DNA from: Candidatus Freyarchaeum deiterrae
Lineage (GTDB): Archaea; Asgardarchaeota; Jordiarchaeia; Jordiarchaeales; Jordiarchaeaceae
DNA length: 64,000 bases
NCBI GenBank assembly: GCA_037305845.1
Contig: CP147778.1
Coordinates: 3,104,001 to 3,168,000, forward strand
Direction: 5' to 3'
In this document: piece by piece, positions 28,411 through 39,290 of the stretch
Position numbering within the stretch: position 1 is the stretch's first letter
How the letters are laid out: the number at the start of each line of letters is the position of its first letter
Notes under the pieces: generated by a model
What the model was told of the DNA's origin: nothing
Seen by the model: the letters and a program-made list of their open reading frames with translations, nothing else
The model's database searches: none
Made by a program: the position numbers and the translations under genes

Positions 28411-29037
28411 TTAATCGATTAGCACGAGGGCTGTGAGATTCATCGACTCTTTTGTTCCCCACTGTATTTTGAAGCCGGCGTTTTCCGCGGTTTTTGAAAC
28501 ATCTATTCCCACGGCTTCCATCGATGGTCTGGCTTCCCATGGGTGTTTACAGAGGTTTTTGGGGTCGCATTTTTCGCATAGTCTGCAGTGTCCCGATGTT
28601 AGTCCCAGTGCGAAGTGGTATCCTCTTTTGAAGGCTTCTCTCTCGAGTGCGGATATTATTTTGTTGGTTTCTGCTCCTTCTATCCATACGCCCTTTTTTA
28701 AAAGAAGTTCTACGAATTTTTCATCTTTGTACAGATCTGGGAGAGTTGTCTCCTCGTTTTTGATGTATTTTTGTACCTCTTTGTCTATGGTTTTATCTAC
28801 TTGGAAAATTATGGCGTACTTGTATTTTTCGAGGATTTCTCTGAATTCCTTAGCGGTTAGTGTATAGGGTGGGCACATCAGGCTTCTCCCGTAATTGATG
28901 CAGGGTGGGTATCTGCATTTTAACTGTACTCTCTCATCCACAACGATTGAGCCGATATCAATTATCTTGGCTCTTGACGCTCCTTCTTTTACTGCTAGTT
29001 CACGGATTTCTTCCATGTCGTTTTCGATTTTTAACAA
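28411..29037 (-). CDS. DUF2284 metal-binding protein
   Basis: RVQLKC..C..YG....CPP; G.CRLC..C...C..P..ARPSMEAVGIDV. Confidence 0.85.
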   Translation of the reverse strand: MLKIENDMEEIRELAVKEGASRAKIIDIGSIVVDERVQLKCRYPPCINYGRSLMCPPYTLTAKEFREILEKYKYAIIFQVDKTIDKEVQKYIKNEETTLPDLYKDEKFVELLLKKGVWIEGAETNKIISALEREAFKRGYHFALGLTSGHCRLCEKCDPKNLCKHPWEARPSMEAVGIDVSKTAENAGFKIQWGTKESMNLTALVLID

Positions 29038-29137
29038 GTCGTGAAGGCTCCTTTCTTATTTGAAGTCTCTGCTGATTTCTGTCGCAATTTTTCGGGTTTA
29101 CTTTTTCTGATTAGACGAGAAATAATGAACTTATATA

Positions 29138-29563
29138 CTATTCGTAGAGTTCCTCCTCGCTGACCAGTTTGAATCCCTCATCTCTCAGTGCCTCCATAGC
29201 GGTTTCCATATCGTAAACCCTTAAAATCATGATTGCTTTCCCCTGCTTCATGGTGGTGTAAACATACTCTATATTTACGTTCTTTTCTCCCAAAACAGTC
29301 GCTATCTCATACAAGCCTCCAGGTTTATCCGCAGCCTCCACCGCTATAACATCAGTTTCCGAAACCAGAAACTCACTGGTCTTCAAAATTTTTAGGGTTT
29401 TATCCGGGTTGTCCACTATAATCCTAACAATTCCATAATCCGCGGTATCAGCAACTGTAAGAGCCCTCATATTTATTTCATTATCCAGCAGTATTTTAGT
29501 TAACTCCGCCAAGGTGCCCGGTCTATTCTGAAGAAAGACCGAAATCTGTTTGACCATCTTCAT
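29138..29563 (-). CDS. Tandem ACT-domain protein
   Basis: QISVFLQNRPG.L, INMRAL..ADT.DYGIVR, DKPGGL, NIEYVY; typical paaK neighbour. Confidence 0.9.
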   Translation of the reverse strand: MKMVKQISVFLQNRPGTLAELTKILLDNEINMRALTVADTADYGIVRIIVDNPDKTLKILKTSEFLVSETDVIAVEAADKPGGLYEIATVLGEKNVNIEYVYTTMKQGKAIMILRVYDMETAMEALRDEGFKLVSEEELYE

Positions 29564-29581
29564 CTATTCCTCCTTTATCAC

Positions 29582-30895
29582 CTAAACATTTTCTTTCCTC
29601 AAGTCTATAACCCTTTTCGCCTTACCCATAGATCTGGGAATCTTGCCAGGGGCAACCAGTTCAATATTAGCCTTCACTCTGAGCGTCTCGAACAACTCAT
29701 TTTCAACTTTTCTCTGGAAGTTCTCCAAGTCTTTGACTTCATCAGAAAATACTTCCGGAGTAACCTCAATCCTAACTGTTAAAATGTCTAGGATGTCTCG
29801 GTCAACCAATATCTGATAATTCTCACTGACACCCGGAATCCCCATCAGAATATGCTCTACCTGCGACGGATACACGTTTACTCCTCTAATAATCAGCATG
29901 TCGTCCGCTCTACCAGTAACTTTGCTCATTCTAGCCATTTCTCGTCCGCAGTTACACTTCTCATAGTCCAAAGATGTTATATCATTAGAAATGTACCTGA
30001 GTAAGGGAATTCCCTCCTTAGTTAGAGTAGTGAACGTAAGAACACCTTTCTCTCCGGGTGAAACCGGTTCCTTCGTATCGTTGTCAATAATCTCTGGAAT
30101 AACCAAATCCTCCCATATGTGTAATCCATTCTTCTCGGGGCATTCTACGGATACTCCTGGTCCGTAAATCTCGGAGAGTCCGTATATGTCGAAAGCATCG
30201 ATGTTTAAAGCTTCCTCGATTTTGTCTCTAAGAGTCTCTGAAGAGGGTTCCGCTCCAAAAATCCCTATACGTAGCTTGATATCTTTTGAAAAGTCAACCT
30301 TTTCCTGCTTAGCATACTCCGCTATGTAAAGGGAGTACGAGGGAGTGCAGGTAAGAATTGTTGAGCCGAAATCCTTCATCAACTTTATCTGAAGGGCTGT
30401 GTTTCCGCCAGAAATCGGAATAACCGCTGCACCAATCCTCTCACCGCCGTAATGGAATCCCAGACCACCCGTAAATAATCCGTAACCGTAAGCGTTCTGT
30501 AGAACGTCACCCTTGTGACCCCCAGCGCAAGTTATAGTGCGAGCCATCATCTCGGTCCAAGTCTCAATATCGTTACGAGTGTAACCTACAACGGTAGGCG
30601 ACCCACTGGTCCCTGAACTGGCATGCAGCCTAACAATCTCTTCCAAAGGCTTAGCAAACATTTTAAACGGATAGTTATCCCGGAGATCAGTTTTCAGAGT
30701 GAGGGGAATCTTTGCAATGTCCCCAACAGATTTAATATCTCCTGGCTTTATTCCTGCCTTCTTAAATTTCTGATTATAGAAAGGAACATTATCGTAACAG
30801 TATTTGACCATGTTCCTCAATCTCTTAGACTGGACCTCCTTAATTTCCTCTCTCGAAGACAATTCTACATCCTTATTCCAGTACAAGTAATCCAA
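29582..30895 (-). CDS. paaK: Phenylacetate-CoA ligase family protein
   Basis: HASSGTSG, YGYGLFTGGLG, CTPSY, GAEP, YGLSE, GRADDMLIIRGVNVYPSQVE; probable start TTG 30895 (ORF open to 30949). Confidence 0.92.
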   Translation of the reverse strand: MDYLYWNKDVELSSREEIKEVQSKRLRNMVKYCYDNVPFYNQKFKKAGIKPGDIKSVGDIAKIPLTLKTDLRDNYPFKMFAKPLEEIVRLHASSGTSGSPTVVGYTRNDIETWTEMMARTITCAGGHKGDVLQNAYGYGLFTGGLGFHYGGERIGAAVIPISGGNTALQIKLMKDFGSTILTCTPSYSLYIAEYAKQEKVDFSKDIKLRIGIFGAEPSSETLRDKIEEALNIDAFDIYGLSEIYGPGVSVECPEKNGLHIWEDLVIPEIIDNDTKEPVSPGEKGVLTFTTLTKEGIPLLRYISNDITSLDYEKCNCGREMARMSKVTGRADDMLIIRGVNVYPSQVEHILMGIPGVSENYQILVDRDILDILTVRIEVTPEVFSDEVKDLENFQRKVENELFETLRVKANIELVAPGKIPRSMGKAKRVIDLRKENV

Positions 30896-31136
30896 GTGAA
30901 CACACCTTCCTAGCCAACTCCAAACTCGATAATAAATTATCACAGCCAAGATTTAAACTAGGAAAACCACATATAAATTCTCAAACTTATTTTTATTCCT
31001 TTTTACGCTCTCCACAAAGCATTTCTAAACATTAAGGAGCTCAAAAATAAAGAAATTCGACGCTTAATATTCATTGCACATATCAAAACCATAATTAAAA
31101 AGTTATGAATATTCTAAATTTAGGGAGGGTTTAAAA

Positions 31137-31568
31137 ATGTCAAACACGAGTCCAAATAGTAGAAGAAGAGAGCCGAAAAGAGATGAGAACTTGAGCTGGT
31201 TTGATAGAATCATCGAGGAAGGGATGAAAAAGGAAGAGGAGAATCAAAGAAGTGCGGATACATCCCGCTGGGAGTCTAGAGAGAGAGTCGAGAAAACGGT
31301 TGAGAACAAGGTTACTATTAAAGATAAAAACCCATACTGTGTATATTGCGGCACACAGATTCATGAGGGTGACAGATTCTGTCGAGTATGTGGTAACGTG
31401 ATTATGTATTGTACCCTCTGTAAAAGGTACCTCTTTTCGTGGGAAAATGTCTTAGAGTGCCCTAACTGCGGTGCGACGTGCCACAGAGATCATCTATTAG
31501 AATGGATTAAGGTGAAGGGGTGCTGCCCAAATTGCGAGAAAAGGTTGAACCAGTCAGAAGTCATCTAA
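31137..31568 (+). CDS. Zinc-ribbon + RING-like zinc-finger protein
   Basis: CxxC-CxxC ribbon, then CTLC-x12-CPNC-x4-H-x2-H-x3-W-x6-CPNC. Confidence 0.7.
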   Translation: MSNTSPNSRRREPKRDENLSWFDRIIEEGMKKEEENQRSADTSRWESRERVEKTVENKVTIKDKNPYCVYCGTQIHEGDRFCRVCGNVIMYCTLCKRYLFSWENVLECPNCGATCHRDHLLEWIKVKGCCPNCEKRLNQSEVI

Positions 31569-31812
31569 ATTTTCTCTCTTTGAACAAGCAGTTATCCCTT
31601 TCAAAGATTTTTTGTTGAGGTAAAAATCCCTAGAAAACGAGGCGCAAGAGAATAAATTCAGACGGATTACTCTTTTTGAAAGCGTCAATAGGTAAAAAAA
31701 GGCTTCCAGAATGTAAACTCACCTCTTGTAAAACTTTAGCTGGTCACATGTCTTTCAATACGATAGAGACAATGTTTAAATCTTTTAACTTCGATTTTTA
31801 ACCAGACAAACA

Positions 31813-32619
31813 ATGCAGGAAGCTTGGAAAGTGAACAAATACGCAAAAATTGGTATAGCGTTAGCTATCATCGGCAGCGTTCTTGCAGTAATTGGCTTAA
31901 TTTCAGCAGTTTCTACATCAGCAAACACTTTTGCTTTTCTTACGTCTAACTCTCTTCCAATATTATTGCTTGGAATTATAGGATTATCACTCCTTATTAT
32001 TGGCGTAATACTAATTTGGTTCGGTCCTAACCTAGAAATAGCAGCAGCGAAGCCAGCGAAACCAGTAAAGAGAGAAGTAGCAGCGAAAAAAGTAAAGCCG
32101 GCGAAGAAAAAGGTAGCAGCAAAACCAGTAAAGCCAGTAAGGAAGAAAGTAGCAGCGAAACCCGCCAAGGAAGAAGAGGAAGAGAAAGAAGAAGTTGACT
32201 TGTCTTTAGTGGAAAAATTGCCAGTTATAAAAATAGAGGGAATCGGCCCGATATACTCTGAGAAACTTAATACAGCAGGAATTAAAACAATGCGAGAATT
32301 AATGAAAGCTGGACGAAAAGCCGGTGGAAGAGAAGAACTAGCCCAAAAAACAGGCATCTCCAAAAAACTCATCTTAGAATGGATTAGAGACGCAGACTTT
32401 TCTAGAATAAAAGGGGTCTCTGTTGAATACTCTGACCTGCTCGATGAGGCGGATGTTAAAGATGTAGTGGATCTAGCGAAAAGAAACGCTTACACTCTAC
32501 ACCCTATGTTACTGGAGACAGCTAAGAGAAAGAGAATTGTACGAAGAATACCGGGCCTAAACGAAGTATCCAAATGGATTGATCAAGCTAAGCAATTACC
32601 AAAATTAATAGAATACTAA
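31813..32619 (+). CDS. Membrane-anchored DUF4332 (HhH) protein with Lys/Ala/Pro-rich linker
   Basis: Two N-terminal TM helices; VAAKK/KPVK repeats; IEGIGP.Y..KL..AGI, W...AD..RIKGV..EY..LL. Confidence 0.82.
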   Translation: MQEAWKVNKYAKIGIALAIIGSVLAVIGLISAVSTSANTFAFLTSNSLPILLLGIIGLSLLIIGVILIWFGPNLEIAAAKPAKPVKREVAAKKVKPAKKKVAAKPVKPVRKKVAAKPAKEEEEEKEEVDLSLVEKLPVIKIEGIGPIYSEKLNTAGIKTMRELMKAGRKAGGREELAQKTGISKKLILEWIRDADFSRIKGVSVEYSDLLDEADVKDVVDLAKRNAYTLHPMLLETAKRKRIVRRIPGLNEVSKWIDQAKQLPKLIEY

Positions 32620-32823
32620 ACCGATTCGTCTTTGTTTAAGTTTTTAAAACACTTCAAAAAATTAAATTCCTTTCTTTTTTTGTATAACCAAGTTTCTAGT
32701 TCTGGTTTAAATATTGAAGGAAGTGTGATTCTGTAGCCCCTTCAATAGTCTGTCACCTGATAGATTCAAAGTACAGGGATAATTCGTTTTTCTTTTTTAA
32801 AGGATGCCTCAGAGACATTATTT

Positions 32824-33255
32824 TTAGCCGCAGGCTCCTATGTCTTTCATGGAATAGAGATCGGTTGCCAGTTGGTCCAAATCTAGGGGTGTTGCGTTGT
32901 ATTCCTTAAACATGTTGTAAATATCCCATTTGTTATTTTCATAGACTCTAGGGTAGAACCAGTATACTCCATAAGCCGAAAGTATGAAATTTGTGATTTC
33001 GTTTAAGGCTTCCAACAAATTCATCTTACATTCGATGTTGGGGCCATTTTTCTCCAAAATATTGTTAATCTGAGCATAAATGGGATCCGTCTTACTCTCG
33101 CTCTGCACGTAGTCGTAGTAGTAGCATCTCCTAGAGCAATAAATGTTGGAGTTATCCCTACACAAAATATAATTTTCATTTGGATCAATATATTTTCCGC
33201 ACAGATGGCAGGAAAAAACATTCGGCATATCCTCTGCTTTTCTCATTTTTATCAA
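32824..33255 (-). CDS. Hypothetical protein with N-terminal Cys motif
   Basis: CHLCG...YCSRRC (TRASH/MYM-like); GAGGT SD. Confidence 0.55.
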   Translation of the reverse strand: MIKMRKAEDMPNVFSCHLCGKYIDPNENYILCRDNSNIYCSRRCYYYDYVQSESKTDPIYAQINNILEKNGPNIECKMNLLEALNEITNFILSAYGVYWFYPRVYENNKWDIYNMFKEYNATPLDLDQLATDLYSMKDIGACG

Positions 33256-33528
33256 CCTCTGCTCACTTGCTCAAATATTGTTGGTTAAGTAAAAATAAGG
33301 TAAAAATAATTTTTAAATATATTCAAAAATCGATTTCTCTTCCAAAAAAAGGCGCCTAAAAAGCAATAGATAGTTTTCCTTCGGTCTCTCCTTTTCTTCT
33401 TGAATTATTTGTGATTTCTGATTTTTTTGGTATAGAAAAATATATCTCTAAAATAGAGAAATATATCTTATATAGCTTCTTTATTAAAGCTTTTTCGCTG
33501 ATTTTTGATATCTTTGGGTGGTAAAATT

Positions 33529-35106
33529 ATGGAAAACTTGAGAATCACTAATACTGGCATTCCCTTCTTGGATTCACTTATGGGTGGTGGATTCCTATCA
33601 AATTCATCGATTGTATTTTCGCTGCAGTCAGGTGTTAAATTTTGGGAGTTTGTCCATAGAATAGCACATAAAAATTATGAAGAAAAATCTCACCTAATCG
33701 TAGTTCTCTATCACCTTTCTCAGCCGCAAGTCTTAGACCAGCTAAAATTTTCCCCGCAATCCGCCGAACATTACAAAGAAGCTATAAGGCGGCTTTCAAC
33801 TGAAATGGTCAGCACTATCGACTGTTTCAGCATACATGAAGGAGAAAAAAGGGATTCACAAAAGGGCAATGCCTACTACGTCTCTAATCCTTTTAACACA
33901 GATAGTCTTCTATCAGCGATGTCAAACGCAAGAAACAGTATACCCAAAGATAAATCTGTTTTCTGGATATTCTCCACCCTAACGGATATGAGTATAGGCC
34001 TCCCTGAGGACGAAGTATTAAAATTTTGCAGAAGAGTGTTTCGCTACCAAAAACAGAATGGAGACCTAGCAATCTACCTCTTGAACGAGTACGCTCATTC
34101 GGACAAATTTTTTGCCAAGATTTACCAGTTATCTGATGTTTTCATCAAGCTCATCGCCGAAGAAACCCCGTGGGGACTTGAGAACGGTATTCAGGTTATA
34201 AAGGGAGTTTTTCCCTTCCAATCAAAAAGGTTCTTTTATGACGTAAATGAAAAAGGAGAGATAATATTCAGAACCAGTAAAATGGATACTAAACCAGAGA
34301 TGCCCCCCATAACTTTTTCTACTACCAAGAATCTTGAAGGAGAGAGCTACAGCGGGGGGGAACATTCAAACCTTATAAGAACCGGAATACCAAAGTTGGA
34401 TTCGTTGTTAGGAGGCGGAATGTTAACGAATTCATTGGTCATTTTTTCCCATCAGTACGGTATCCGAATTATTGAACCCCTACATCACATTTTCCAAAAC
34501 GCTATTCGTGGAAAAACCCATGTAATTCAAATTTCTTATAATTTCTTACTTGAGGAATATTTAAGCCGTTTCAAACTATCGGAGCGACAAAATGAGCCCA
34601 TAAAAGAAGCCCTTGAAACCCTTTCACAGGGTAACGTAAGCTTTATTGACTGTCTCAACGTGCAGAAGGATGAAACCAACACTCAGGGACATAATGTTTA
34701 TCATCTCTCTAATCCCTTTGACGTGGATAAAATTTTATCATTAATGACAAAGGTTAGAGATAGTATTCCATCCGACAAGTCAGTTTTGTGGGTATTCTCC
34801 AGCTTAACGGACATGAGCATCGGTATTCCTGAAGATGAACTGTTAAAATTCTGCAGAAGAGCCTTCCGATACCATAAAAAGTGCGGAGACATCGCGATAT
34901 ACCTAATGGTCGAACAAGCTCACTCCGAAATATTTCATGCCAAGCTCTACATTCTTTCGGATGTTTTCATCAAATTTATCGTGGAAGATGTGCTTGAAGG
35001 AAAAAATACGCGTATTCAAATATTAAAGTCATCATTTAATTATGATTCCAAAAAGACAAAATACATACTGGATGAGAAAGGCAGAATCCAATTCTTGGAA
35101 GATTAA
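33529..35106 (+). CDS. KaiC/RAD55-like tandem-domain protein with degenerate Walker A
   Basis: TGIP.LDSL.GGG twice; internal repeat LTDMSIG.PEDE.LKFCRR; no GxxGxGK[TS] in either domain. Confidence 0.75.
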   Translation: MENLRITNTGIPFLDSLMGGGFLSNSSIVFSLQSGVKFWEFVHRIAHKNYEEKSHLIVVLYHLSQPQVLDQLKFSPQSAEHYKEAIRRLSTEMVSTIDCFSIHEGEKRDSQKGNAYYVSNPFNTDSLLSAMSNARNSIPKDKSVFWIFSTLTDMSIGLPEDEVLKFCRRVFRYQKQNGDLAIYLLNEYAHSDKFFAKIYQLSDVFIKLIAEETPWGLENGIQVIKGVFPFQSKRFFYDVNEKGEIIFRTSKMDTKPEMPPITFSTTKNLEGESYSGGEHSNLIRTGIPKLDSLLGGGMLTNSLVIFSHQYGIRIIEPLHHIFQNAIRGKTHVIQISYNFLLEEYLSRFKLSERQNEPIKEALETLSQGNVSFIDCLNVQKDETNTQGHNVYHLSNPFDVDKILSLMTKVRDSIPSDKSVLWVFSSLTDMSIGIPEDELLKFCRRAFRYHKKCGDIAIYLMVEQAHSEIFHAKLYILSDVFIKFIVEDVLEGKNTRIQILKSSFNYDSKKTKYILDEKGRIQFLED

Positions 35107-35417
35107 CATAAAATAAGCAAAAAATCCAGCCTTTAGGTAAAGAATATATCCTAAAGAAGGTAAATTATCTATTAAGTAAATAATTCATAATGATGCAATA
35201 GTAACTGAAAACAGGATTAGAAATTGAACAAAAATCCAAAAATGTAAAAAAACCAACCCCTACAAGTCGAGGGATTAAATCATCACGATTCATATGAATA
35301 ACAGTTTCATAATATTCACTCGGCTTAGCACGCCGTGCTGTGCTGTTTACATCAATTTGCATTTTGAAAGTGTTCAAATAACCAAAAAGGATTTGAGGCA
35401 AAAATTAGTCAAGTGAG

Positions 35418-35807
35418 GTGAAAAAATTGAGAATGATTGTAGTATTTGACAATGAGAGAGTGAGGAATGCAATCACCTCAACTGTGATATTGGAAAAGAA
35501 GGTAGCCTTAAACATAATAACCGCGAATATCGATGAAAAAGGCGGCGAAATGCTGATAGAGGCACCTGATGATAAAGCATCCGAGCTAGCTGAGGCATTT
35601 AAAGAAAAAGGAGCTAAAGTCGAAACAAGAAAGTTCGTAGCACTCACACACAAATGTATGTTCTGCGGGGATTGCCTTCTCGTTTGCCCTGTGGACGCAA
35701 TAGTATTCGACGATGAACACAGGATAGCTATAAATCAAGATGAGTGTATCGGCTGCCTTCGATGCGTTGACAAGTGTCCATCTGGAGCCATCATCAAAAT
35801 AGGTTAA
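35418..35807 (+). CDS. NIL domain + 2x[4Fe-4S] ferredoxin
   Basis: LNII.ANI...GG.MLIE; CMFCGDCLLVCP, CIGCLRCVDKCP. Confidence 0.85.
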   Translation: MKKLRMIVVFDNERVRNAITSTVILEKKVALNIITANIDEKGGEMLIEAPDDKASELAEAFKEKGAKVETRKFVALTHKCMFCGDCLLVCPVDAIVFDDEHRIAINQDECIGCLRCVDKCPSGAIIKIG

Positions 35808-35975
35808 AAAGAATATTTTTTTAATTTCCTCCTCTAATTTTTCTATTTTTGTAAAATTATTTATGAATCTTAGTGGTTTTTGGGCTTAGATAAGAAAGAT
35901 ATGTTTATTACTCTACTTTTTTTATGATAAATTGAGCGTTTAAAATTATTTGATTATGATGTAAGGGCGTCAAAC

Positions 35976-36458
35976 ATGTCAGCGAAATCTATTGATGAGA
36001 TAATGATTGAATTGAAAAAGCAGTATGATAGAAGCAAGCACAAAGAGTTGTGGAGGGTCTTAACCGGCAGAAATCCCAAGGACAATTATGATACGTTTAT
36101 CACCACGGACAAAGACGTGTGGCAGATAAAATCCGAGTTTGTCGGTTCCGGTCAGGCGGTGGGCGTAGGCTCCAATGTTCGGAGAATCGACGATGAGATA
36201 AGAAGGGTAGTGAATCAGGGAACACCAGTACCATTTGGAATGCTGATCCCCCAAAACAGAGACCTAGCCATCATACTTGCGGGAATCCAGAATTACTCTT
36301 CGGAATCTGTGGACAAATTGGCAAGGCATCATGTTTCAGACAAGCAGCCAGAATTGGAAGAAAAGCTGGACGAAGAACTGGAAAAACTTTTGCAGAATCC
36401 GGATTTCAAAAAAGAGTACGAGAGACACAAAGACCGCTCGCAAAGACTTTACGGTTAA
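35976..36458 (+). CDS. Hypothetical protein
   Basis: 160 aa ORF with normal composition; no motif recognised. Confidence 0.6.
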   Translation: MSAKSIDEIMIELKKQYDRSKHKELWRVLTGRNPKDNYDTFITTDKDVWQIKSEFVGSGQAVGVGSNVRRIDDEIRRVVNQGTPVPFGMLIPQNRDLAIILAGIQNYSSESVDKLARHHVSDKQPELEEKLDEELEKLLQNPDFKKEYERHKDRSQRLYG

Positions 36459-36548
36459 GTAAAGAGAAGATAAAAAAATTACTTAAGAGGGGGAAATTAA
36501 CAACTTCTAATTGGCAAAGTAATACAATCAAAACTCGGAGTTCTGCGT

Positions 36549-37079
36549 ATGAGAACATTGGATGAAATTGACAAAGAGGAAATAAAAGATTATCTAGGGA
36601 AGGGCTGGCTAACTCATGACGGAATGTGGTTTTATAGTGTTTACAAGGAATTTGGAATATATGTTGCAAATAGGTTAAATAAAGAGGCAATAAAATCAAA
36701 TTCATACTTTGAAGTCGAAAGAGCCAAAAGAGTATTCGGTATTGAAGACAAAAATATCGATTCATTTGAAGAATTGACAGAATTTCTACAAAAAATATTA
36801 GAATTGATAGTACCTCATTCAATTTTTAGTAAAATTCACATGAGCATACCTTCAAAAAATATTGTTCATTGGGAATGGGAAAATAAAGAATGCTTCGCGT
36901 TTAAAGGCATGGAAAGGTTGGGAATAGTAGACCAATACAAATGTGGGGTAATTTACAGAATTGAATGCTGGTTTAACGTTCTAGGAATAAAATATACCTC
37001 AAATCCAAAAATTGATAATTGTTTAATGGCTGAAAATGGGACGTGTTCTGGAGATTTCACTTTTTATTTCAATGTTTAA
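36549..37079 (+). CDS. DUF6125-like hypothetical protein
   Basis: W.THDGMWF, CFA..G, Y.CG...RIE.W, C......C. Confidence 0.65.
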   Translation: MRTLDEIDKEEIKDYLGKGWLTHDGMWFYSVYKEFGIYVANRLNKEAIKSNSYFEVERAKRVFGIEDKNIDSFEELTEFLQKILELIVPHSIFSKIHMSIPSKNIVHWEWENKECFAFKGMERLGIVDQYKCGVIYRIECWFNVLGIKYTSNPKIDNCLMAENGTCSGDFTFYFNV

Positions 37080-37248
37080 AATGCTACGCTTATGATAGGT
37101 TACTTATATGAAATTCAGGTTCACTAACAAATCTAAAAGAAGTTTGGGTAATTTTTTACCAGTTCAAAAACACATTGAATCAGCAGATTGATTTTTAAAA
37201 GCTTGCCACAGGCAAATAAAATAAATAGAGAGAAAAATAGTTGAAAAT

Positions 37249-38841
37249 TTAGCCTTCAATTATTCTTCTCATTGCTTCTTTTTCAGTCTCTTCTATGAGT
37301 GGAATTCCTGTTATGTTTCTAGCTCGTTCCGTTAGTGAGGCTATGTCGTGTCTGTTTATCAGGTTCAGCTTCCATTTTCTCACACCAGCCATCAACTGTT
37401 TTAATCCTACCGCTATTTTGTCAGAGTAGAAGCTGTACAGCCCTATTGCACCTGGGGGTAATGTCTCATAGTCTTTACCGAATCTCTCGCGAAGCTCGGT
37501 GCTGCACACAAAGAACTTATTCGGCTCATCGCCATACTGGACTACAAAATCTGGCGGTAGTGAGTCTTCCTTGGCAAGTGTCGTGAAGTAGGAGGCTTTC
37601 ATAACTGCGGTGATGGGAGCTCTAGCCATAGCAATCGATTTCACGAAAGGTTGACTATCAAAATTACCAAGCGCAATGGATTTGAATATCTGAGTCTCAC
37701 TAGTGAAGCCGCCCGCCATAACAATATCCGGTATGTACATGTTACTCTCTTTCAACATATTAACGCATTCTAAAACCTGCGCTTCCAGGAAAACTGTCGG
37801 TGTGGCACACTCCATCATCATTGGAACGGGGCTCATGCCGGTTCCACCACCTGCACCATCAAAAGTGACCGCGTCAATCTTAGCCTCCGAAGCACATCTC
37901 AAAGTGAAAGCAACAACGGCTGGCTTATAAGCACCCGTTTTCAAAAATACATGTTTTGCGCCCTGCCCTCGTAGCTGGTCTATGTCCTCTAGAAAGTTTT
38001 TCTCCACAGGCATCCCTACTCTGCTGTGACGCTCAAAGGACTTGAAGGTCCCCTGCTTAAATGCCTCTATAACATTTGGATCCTCAGGATCTGGAATAAC
38101 TATGTAACCCCTGTCCTTAAGCATCTTGGCATGGTCAATATCAGTTATTCTGACCTCACCACCCAGAGCTTTTGCGCCCTGTCCCCACTTTCTTTCGATA
38201 ATGTTGACTTCCAGTTTTGATAGAGCGTATGTATCTACGCCTAATCTTTGATCCTCGACGTTGGTTTGTACAACGATGTCTCCATATTGTCCGTCCCAAA
38301 ACTCTCTGTAAGATTCAACCCTGTTGTTCATATCAGGAGAGTTTGTAACCATTCCACCGGTGAACTCTGCATCCATATCCATTCCACAAACATTTTCGCC
38401 TATTACCTGCATAGTTCCGGATATCGCCGCGCCTATGGCTAAGCCTTTCCAATTATACTTGGCTACGTAGGTTGAACCTAGTCCCGCTGTGAAGACTGGA
38501 ACTTTGAGTTTGACCCCACCGACGGAGGTTCCAATATCTACAGCAGGAAAGATTGCTTTATCGGAATCGGGCTCTATACCATGTGCTCCAATAACATCCA
38601 CCATTATTTGGTAGTCGGACCAATCGACCACGTAATACTTGTTGGATGCGGCAGTGCTCATTCCGTACTGTTCCGGGAGCGGATAGAGCGCTTCTCTTCC
38701 CCTAAAAGCAGCCTTTCCAACCTCACAGAGAGATCTACACTCATAGACACAAATGGGGCACATTCCACTAGTTGGGGATACATCCTTAACTCTGGTCTTG
38801 GCTCCAAGAATTGACTTTTCACTATGGCTTCCTTCTGGCAT
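37249..38841 (-). CDS. FMN-binding glutamate synthase family protein (archaeal stand-alone domain)
   Basis: SGMC..C...C...CEVG, GLGST, GENVCGMD, KWGQGAK..GGE, DGAGGGTGMSP..MM, AGG. Confidence 0.9.
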   Translation of the reverse strand: MPEGSHSEKSILGAKTRVKDVSPTSGMCPICVYECRSLCEVGKAAFRGREALYPLPEQYGMSTAASNKYYVVDWSDYQIMVDVIGAHGIEPDSDKAIFPAVDIGTSVGGVKLKVPVFTAGLGSTYVAKYNWKGLAIGAAISGTMQVIGENVCGMDMDAEFTGGMVTNSPDMNNRVESYREFWDGQYGDIVVQTNVEDQRLGVDTYALSKLEVNIIERKWGQGAKALGGEVRITDIDHAKMLKDRGYIVIPDPEDPNVIEAFKQGTFKSFERHSRVGMPVEKNFLEDIDQLRGQGAKHVFLKTGAYKPAVVAFTLRCASEAKIDAVTFDGAGGGTGMSPVPMMMECATPTVFLEAQVLECVNMLKESNMYIPDIVMAGGFTSETQIFKSIALGNFDSQPFVKSIAMARAPITAVMKASYFTTLAKEDSLPPDFVVQYGDEPNKFFVCSTELRERFGKDYETLPPGAIGLYSFYSDKIAVGLKQLMAGVRKWKLNLINRHDIASLTERARNITGIPLIEETEKEAMRRIIEG

Positions 38842-39290
38842 TTTTGATACCTCTTTTTTAAATTTTTATTACCCGAACCCAAGATGTGGGAACTGGTTTC
38901 TAGATTCCTCCATTATTGCTTGAATATTACTCCAAGTAATAAATTGCTTTTTCTTTATTACAATTATTTCTTGTAAAGGAAAGAAATGAGAATTTAAATT
39001 TTTTGCAAAGTTTTTTATTACCTTTTGACAAGCTGGGATTTGTCAGTCGCGTTAATAAGGAATTGGTTGGTTTCCCCCAAGAAGCAGACTTCCCATATGA
39101 GCGCCTCACACAGTTTAAGCAGAGTAAGCAAGGAACTCCAAATTTTTTGAGGTTAAGAGCAAAATCAGCTAGTTCGCATCAATGTATCTATAGTGGGTAC
39201 TGTTATTTTCGTTTGCGAAAAAAGGCTTTAATGCCCAAAAAATAAATATTTCATATTTCATACGCTTCATATTTCTCTGGAGGTTTATGT

